From NCBI GenBank assembly GCA_965246715.1, contig CBDFFH010000048.1, positions 1-23,108 on the forward strand: DNA of 23,108 nt, written 5' to 3'. The notes under the pieces were generated by a model, which saw nothing but the letters and a program-made list of their open reading frames with translations, was not told the origin of the DNA and searched no databases. The DNA comes from Chamaesiphon sp. Its GTDB lineage: Bacteria > Cyanobacteriota > Cyanobacteriia > Cyanobacteriales > Chamaesiphonaceae. Made by a program: the position numbers and the translations under genes. The first letter of the stretch is position 1. Each line of letters starts with the position of its first letter. This document shows positions 17,088-23,108 of this stretch, in pieces.

Positions 17088-20000
17088 CTAACCGCCATCC
17101 CGAGCGAGCGATCGGGCTGTGACAATTAGAGCACTCAGAGTTGCTAACAGCTCTGACTCAGTATAGGGTTTGACAAAATAGGCAGAAGCGCCTAAATTCA
17201 TGGCTAACTGCTGATGTTTATCGCTACTGCGCGAAGTGAGCATGACGATCGGTAGATCTGCAAAAGTCTCAGTCGATCGCAGGGCTTCTAGTACTCCATA
17301 GCCATCCAGACGGGGCATTTCGACATCGCAGAGTGCAGCTTGCACTACTAAGCCACCGAGGAGCTTTTCAACGGCTTCTCGTCCATCTTTAGCTTGTTCG
17401 ACCTGATAACCTTCTTTTCCTAACATCACAGCCAAATAACGCCGAACAGCGATCGAGTCATCGATGACTAAAATTGTGTCGGATTTGGTGCGTGCGGACA
17501 CAGCCGAAACCAATCGATCCGCTGTTATAACTGTCGGGATCGGGTTGGTGGGAGAATTGGGCTGAGCCGAAGACATCCAGCCTGCTAACTGAATCAGATC
17601 GACGAGTGGGACGACACGACCATCGCCTAAAATAATCGAATTACCAAAACCTGGAGTTAGCGGCATTAAGCGATCGATCGATCGACTAGTAACTTCTTGC
17701 TCGCCCCAATAGCGATCGATCCTAAAGGCTACCGATAACCGATCTTCACCCACCACTAAGATCGTCGGTGTCGCAATCGTCGGCGTTCCGGGTAATTCGA
17801 TCGATCTCTGGCTGCGGTTAAACGAAATTCCTTGCTCCAAGGCAATCAAGGGAATAACTTGCGATTGCCAAGCAATGTTATTCCCATCGGCGGTGAGGAG
17901 ATCGGGCTGGAAATCGAGTATTTCTCTGACGCTATCTACAGTGACGGCAAAGACAAAACCCGCCCGTTCTAGTAACATAATGCGAACGATCGACAGCGTA
18001 AAGGGTACCCGAATTACAAAGGTAGTGCCTACGCCAAGTTGGGTTTTGACCTGAATATTGCCCCGAACTTGTTCGATATTAGTCCGAACGACATCCATCC
18101 CCACCCCGCGCCCAGATAGTTCTGTGAGACTGGTAGCAGTACTAAAACCTGGTTCAAAGATGGTATCGAGCAATTGAGCTTCGGTCATTGTCGCGACTGA
18201 CTCGATCGGTAAACCCATCTGTTGCAATCGGTTGCGAATGCGATCGAGCCTAATCCCCCCGCCATCATCAGACAGCGTAACGATCGTCTCACCACTGCGC
18301 TGACTAGCTGATAAGACGATCGTCCCTCGATCGGGTTTGCCAGCAGCCAGCCGAGTTGCTGGATCTTCGATGCCGTGGTCGAAAGCATTACGCAGTAAGT
18401 GAATGAGTGGATCGCTCAGCCGATCGAGCATTGCCCGATCGATTCCGGTATTTTCGCCCACGATCTGGAGATTGACAGATTTGCCAAACTGTGATGACAG
18501 ATCGCGAATCAGCCGGGGAAAGCGTTTGACAGCATCCGCGAAGGGGAGCATCTGAGTCCGAGTAATATTTCGCTGGAGCGTGCGGGTAGTTTGGTTTAAA
18601 CTACTGACTGAATGGTTCATTTCCCGCAGACTTAGTTCGATATCCGCTGTTACTTCTTGCAACTGGACGATCGTTTCAATTTGATTTTGGGAAACAAGGT
18701 GGAGATCGCTATAGCGATCCATTTCTAGGCGGTCAAATTCTGCTGGATGAGCCGAGTCGGTGGGAAACTCTGACTGAAAATGCGACCAGACGGATGGTGG
18801 ATGAGTTGGGCTAGTTGTTGCGTGAATCGGCATTAATCCTTCAGTAGCAGCCAAATCGTACCATTGGCGCAGTTCTTGGTTAGATCCCTCTAGATGTTGG
18901 ATGCGCTGGCGCAATAAGCCGGTATAGTTTTGAATTTCTGCTAGGCGTAAATTGATGGCATTCCGCTCTAAAATTAATTTGCCGAAGACATCGTTAAATT
19001 GTTGCAGATATTCAACGGGTACGCGCACAGTTTGACTGTGAGCCGCCACCTTGACTTGTGGTGTCGCGATCGGTGGAACTTCTGCTTGAGGTAATGTGGC
19101 AATCGGGGGGGCGATCGCCACCATAACTTGGCGTTCATCAATCTCGATCGAAGGTAAGTCGGGCAGCTCAAGAGTGGCTAACTCACTCAGTAATTCCTGT
19201 GGTGCTCGATCGAGGGAGAGGAGATCGGCGAACTCAGGTTGCTGTCGATCGAAATCGTCCCAATGATAGATATCACTCGAGTCTGGCTCATCTAGAGTGG
19301 CTAACTCATCGAGTAGTTCGATCGGTAATGGAATTTCATCGAATCCGGCGCTTAATTCGCCCTCGTCATCAATCCCAAAATTAGCCATCTCGGACTGGAG
19401 CAGGGCTAAATCGATCGATTCCATGTCGATGAGTCCATCGATCCCGACGAGAGCGGGATTGAAACTAGCTGCGGTGAGGGAGACTTGACGATCGATTTCT
19501 AAGTCTGAGCTGCTTGCTGGTTTTGGTTGGTGCGATCGTGCGGGTAATTGAGTCGGGATCTGCTCGAATCTGCCCAGGAGTATGACAGAGTGAGATTTAC
19601 GCCAAATCTTTAGAGCTTGGCGAGCCAGTGATGTGGCTTGGGCGAGATCGATGTGCTGGCACTGAATTTTGACTGACGCACACAGTGCGATGAACCGCTC
19701 TAACTTAGCCATCTGGCCAAATTCACTCAATTCATCTGCCGTTGCTGCCAATGCTTGCAGGAGTTGGGCGGGTGATAATCGATCGAATTGATGCTCTAGA
19801 TGATTTAAGGCTGTCTTAACTCCACTTTCAAATAATAAAATGGCTGGACTGACTTCGCCCTCTTGGGATAATAGAGCATCTTCATCTTCGGGACGCAGAT
19901 CGCCCAAGTGCTGGCGCAATCGATCGAACATAGGCTGAGACTGAGTCGATAACCAGTTCTCATCGATCGATCGTGCTTGACGATGGAGATTGCCCACTTG

Positions 20001-20303
20001 CCGCAGACAATCGACCCCTTGTAATAACAGGGTTTCCACCTCTGGATCGATGGGTTTAGTCTGATAGCGTACCCTGAGGATTTTGAAAAAATCTTCGAGC
20101 TGGTGAGCGATCTGACTCAGTGGGGTAAATCCCATCATTGCGGCACCCCCCTTAACTGAGTGAGCCGCGCGTAAAGCCTCATCGAGTGCTTGAGGATCGG
20201 CGATCGCATTAGCTAAACTCAGCACTGTAGATTCAATTCGATCGTAACAATCGTCCGCTTCATCCAAGAACTTAAATGCGATCTGCCAATCCTTATCCAT
20301 CAC
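17088..20303 (-). CDS. cheA: Hybrid CheA-like kinase (Hpt-HATPase-CheW-REC; PilL/PixL type)
   Basis: Hpt RAAHSVKGGA; N-box HLLRNAFDHG, DDGGG, IFEPGFST, GRGVGMDVV; CheW domain; receiver VIDDS..CDVEMPRLDG..KPY. Start is 20303 (GTG) or 20300 (ATG). Confidence 0.95.
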   Translation of the reverse strand: MMDKDWQIAFKFLDEADDCYDRIESTVLSLANAIADPQALDEALRAAHSVKGGAAMMGFTPLSQIAHQLEDFFKILRVRYQTKPIDPEVETLLLQGVDCLRQVGNLHRQARSIDENWLSTQSQPMFDRLRQHLGDLRPEDEDALLSQEGEVSPAILLFESGVKTALNHLEHQFDRLSPAQLLQALAATADELSEFGQMAKLERFIALCASVKIQCQHIDLAQATSLARQALKIWRKSHSVILLGRFEQIPTQLPARSHQPKPASSSDLEIDRQVSLTAASFNPALVGIDGLIDMESIDLALLQSEMANFGIDDEGELSAGFDEIPLPIELLDELATLDEPDSSDIYHWDDFDRQQPEFADLLSLDRAPQELLSELATLELPDLPSIEIDERQVMVAIAPPIATLPQAEVPPIATPQVKVAAHSQTVRVPVEYLQQFNDVFGKLILERNAINLRLAEIQNYTGLLRQRIQHLEGSNQELRQWYDLAATEGLMPIHATTSPTHPPSVWSHFQSEFPTDSAHPAEFDRLEMDRYSDLHLVSQNQIETIVQLQEVTADIELSLREMNHSVSSLNQTTRTLQRNITRTQMLPFADAVKRFPRLIRDLSSQFGKSVNLQIVGENTGIDRAMLDRLSDPLIHLLRNAFDHGIEDPATRLAAGKPDRGTIVLSASQRSGETIVTLSDDGGGIRLDRIRNRLQQMGLPIESVATMTEAQLLDTIFEPGFSTATSLTELSGRGVGMDVVRTNIEQVRGNIQVKTQLGVGTTFVIRVPFTLSIVRIMLLERAGFVFAVTVDSVREILDFQPDLLTADGNNIAWQSQVIPLIALEQGISFNRSQRSIELPGTPTIATPTILVVGEDRLSVAFRIDRYWGEQEVTSRSIDRLMPLTPGFGNSIILGDGRVVPLVDLIQLAGWMSSAQPNSPTNPIPTVITADRLVSAVSARTKSDTILVIDDSIAVRRYLAVMLGKEGYQVEQAKDGREAVEKLLGGLVVQAALCDVEMPRLDGYGVLEALRSTETFADLPIVMLTSRSSDKHQQLAMNLGASAYFVKPYTESELLATLSALIVTARSLARDGG

Positions 20304-20325
20304 CTTTATCCAATAGCTGCTAGAT

Positions 20326-22803
20326 TTATACTTGGAACTGAGCGACTTTTTCTTCGAGTTTTTTCGCCACTTGTGATGTTGCTTGCATGGATGAAGCCAT
20401 CTGGCTAGAGAAAACCGAACGTTCTTCGGAAGCGATTGTCACTTGCTGCATCAGTTGGGTAACAGCCTTAGCCGTTTCAGCCTGGGAAATTGTCGCTGTA
20501 GAAATAGAACTCATCAGCGTATCGATCTCCTGAGAACTTTGCAGCACTTGGTTTAATTTTTGCTTGGTAACTTCAACTAAGCGGGTACCATCGACTACCT
20601 GTGTGGTGCCTTTCGCCATGACTTCAGCGACATCTTTAGTCTCTGCTTGAATTGCCGCTACAATCTGGGCGATTTCACGCGTGGCGACAGCAGATTGTTC
20701 GGCTAATGCCCCCACTTGCTCGGCAACTACAGTGAAGCCCTGTCCTTGTTCGCCAGCTCGACTAGCCTCTACACTGGCGTTAATCGCTAAGAGATTGGTT
20801 TTCAGTGCAATTTCTTCGATCAGGGTGACTACTTGAGAAATTTTCTGAGAAGAATTCGCCCAACCGCTTCATCTTCTGCGCCGATTCGCCCACAGTTGTC
20901 CGCAGCCCCATAATACTAGTTACCGTTTGCGCCATCGCCTCAGTACCTGCCTGAGCGATCGTATAAGCATTATTAGCGATCGCTGATGCTTGGTTAGCAT
21001 TGGTAGCAACAGATTGAATCGAGTCAGTCATTCGTTCGATCGAATTAAAGGTGCCGCGAATTTCGGCGGCTTCGGCGACGGCTGTGGCGGAAAGCTGGCG
21101 AATGTTTTGTTCGTTAGACTCGAGGGAGACACTCACCTGACCCGTCCCCTGTTTTACTTCCACAGCGATATCTCGCAAGCTATCAATCACCGCATTGAAT
21201 AAATCAGCAACCGTACTCAACTCTAACGAATCCATACTGGCTCGGACTGTTAAATTTCCATCCATTGCGCCTTCAACTTCGGTGACTAATTTGAGAATTT
21301 CGCTTCTAATGTTTCCCGTTGTTGACGTTGTTGTAAGGCTTCTAATTCACGGAATGCTAAGTTAGCTTCAATGTTCTGCGCCATCTGGTTTAAATTACGC
21401 TGCTAAAACTCCCACCTCATCTTGGCGATCGATTTCCTCTAACCTAGCACCAGATTGACCTCCGGCAATTAGATCGGCAAATTCAGTCAACCGCTGAATC
21501 GGTCGAGAAATGGAGCGATGCAGTGGAGTTATAGCAACAGCGCGATCGCCAAATTCCCCCACCGATCGCATAACCGATTAATGCAGTTTGTTGCAAATCC
21601 TGATTTACTTGCGTCTGTGGCTCACCCACAAAGGAAATTCCGATCGGTTTGGCAGTTTTGGGATCTAACTGTTGCCGATGATCGTACAGCGGCCCATAGC
21701 CTGTCACATAGTCAATTCCAACGATATTTGCATCGCCTAGAAACACTGTGCCTTGATTCAATACTTTGTCGGCTACGGCTTTGGATACTCTGGTGCCAAT
21801 TGCTCGCGTGGTTTTGTCGGTATAGGGAACATTAGTGCTGACCCGCCAATCCTGGGCAATAAGGTAGCTGTCGAAACACCTGTCTCACTTTTGAGTTTAT
21901 CTACCAGATCGTAGTTGCGGTTGAGCAAAGTGCCCGACAATCGCAGTACCAACCTGTTGCCCATTCACTTTAATCGGTGAACTGACATTAGTACTAACCC
22001 GACCTTACCACGATCGACATCAAAGGTACCCTCTGGATAAGGCTGCTTCAGCTCTGATAAGCCTTTGGTCGTTTGCGATCGAATGCCGATCTCTGCTTGC
22101 TTAGCCAGCCCCAACCGCTGTAAGGATTCACTTTTGAGGAGTTCCACACCAGATAGAGGACGTGAATTTACTAAGGCTGCTCGAACGATGCTCAAATCGC
22201 CCAACTCAATTTTAGCTTGACTCGATCCTGGCATAAATTGAGTTGGGGCATTGGTATCAGTTGGCAACGGTGGATATTTAGCAACATCATCACGCACTAC
22301 TTGCACCGATTGAGCGATCGTTTGCCCTTTGGTGTTGGTAATTAGATAAAAACTGGCATTAGGCTTGAGATCTTTTGCCGCCTGGATGAAAGATGCGAGC
22401 TTAGCTTGTTGAGTCGATGTCGTCGCCGGATCGTTAAGGTTAATTCCGGCTGCTGTCACAGACTGAGCCAAGATCCTAGCATCATCTTCGATCTGCCGCG
22501 TTTCGGATTTACCGACTTTTCCAGAATTAGCAATTCGATCTTTAACCTGTCTTTGAGGTGATTGAGTGCTGATTCTTTAGAAAGACTCAGAATCCCTTGC
22601 GTAACAGCCACTACTGGAATAACGGCTCCTGTCACCAATAATGTAACTATTTTTGCCCGAATTGAGAGGTTGTTCCAAGTTTGAACTGGCTTGCGCCACC
22701 AAGATTTAGAGGTTGTTGTACCTGCTAAGCTGGTTGGAGTAGCAACTTCGGAAAAGTTATTGGTAGTTGGTGCGGGAGCAGAAATATCCTGGTGTGGGGT
22801 CAT
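20326..22803 (-). pseudogene. Methyl-accepting chemotaxis protein (TM-Cache-TM-HAMP-MCP) broken by about 9 single-base indels; probably an intact gene with sequencing errors
   Basis: Fragments rejoin into one protein containing RVSTNV..RAIGT..YGPLYD..PIGISFVG (Cache), ISRPIQRLTEFA..DEVGVLARNLNQMA (HAMP) and [29 protein letters not shown] (MCP tip). AAGGA RBS upstream of 22803. Confidence 0.88.
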
Positions 22804-22859
22804 TGCTTTTATCCTTAATAGAGATGAGAAGTTGTTAACAATAGATCGATCTGTTTGAA

Positions 22860-23108
22860 TTAGGCATTACCGATCGTCGCAACCCTACACAACGGATTGT
22901 GGTAAAGATTTGGGTGATTAACGATCGTGGCAGTGTTCACACACCAAAACTCTGTTGTCCGCTACTGCGAAACATCCCTGCTGGTAAGGTTTTAAACAGT
23001 GAGGAAATTCTTGCCCTGGGGCTTGTAATGTATCTGGATCGAAACGCGCTACCCCACTCACTCGGTACACAGCTAGTCCTAAATATTTCCCCGCAGACAG
23101 CTCTGCTG
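22860..23108 (-). CDS. cheW: CheW-like adaptor, 3' part (5'-truncated); probable +1 frameshift near 22938
   Basis: Manual translation KYLGLAVYRVSGVARFDPDTLQAP..CLKPYQQGCF....VLV. As sequenced it stops at 22918; with one base removed it continues ..NTATIVNHP to TAA at 22860. Lies upstream of the MCP and cheA. Confidence 0.8.

Noticed and set aside
1523..21835. Other short antisense or out-of-frame ORFs inside long genes (for example 1523-1831, 2660-2983, 7069-7374, 13698-14000, 21518-21835)
   Set aside because: They overlap well-supported genes and show no recognisable motifs.
20780..22803. MCP fragments as separate small genes or programmed frameshifting
   Set aside because: They rejoin into one canonical chemoreceptor, and the many mixed +1/-1 shifts are incompatible with programmed recoding.

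Overview
Gene-dense cyanobacterial chromosomal window. It carries ndhO, psbY and ycf51, heptamer STRR-type repeats and a strong excess of CGATCG (the HIP1 core); a Chamaesiphon-like origin is my impression only. Order: clpP (5'-truncated), nitroreductase, coiled-coil/TM protein, beta-phosphoglucomutase, YheT hydrolase, DUF1517-like protein, frameshifted lipoprotein, ndhO, psbY (missed by the ORF track), MBL-fold protein divergent from an M50 site-2 protease homolog, DUF4912 protein, DUF790 nuclease, Wza/SLBB export protein, sufU, ycf51, a two-domain hypothetical, a peroxiredoxin-like protein, and the distal end of a chemosensory operon (cheW - Cache/HAMP MCP - hybrid cheA). I found no CRISPR array, transposase, tRNA or rRNA, and cannot support a clearly new multi-gene system. 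Best leads: (1) a divergent pair of apparent pseudoenzymes, with the S2P HExxH changed to RDLGR and the MBL missing most metal ligands; (2) a palindrome-rich 500-bp leader before the DUF4912 gene; (3) an MCP broken by about 9 single-base indels, most likely sequencing error.
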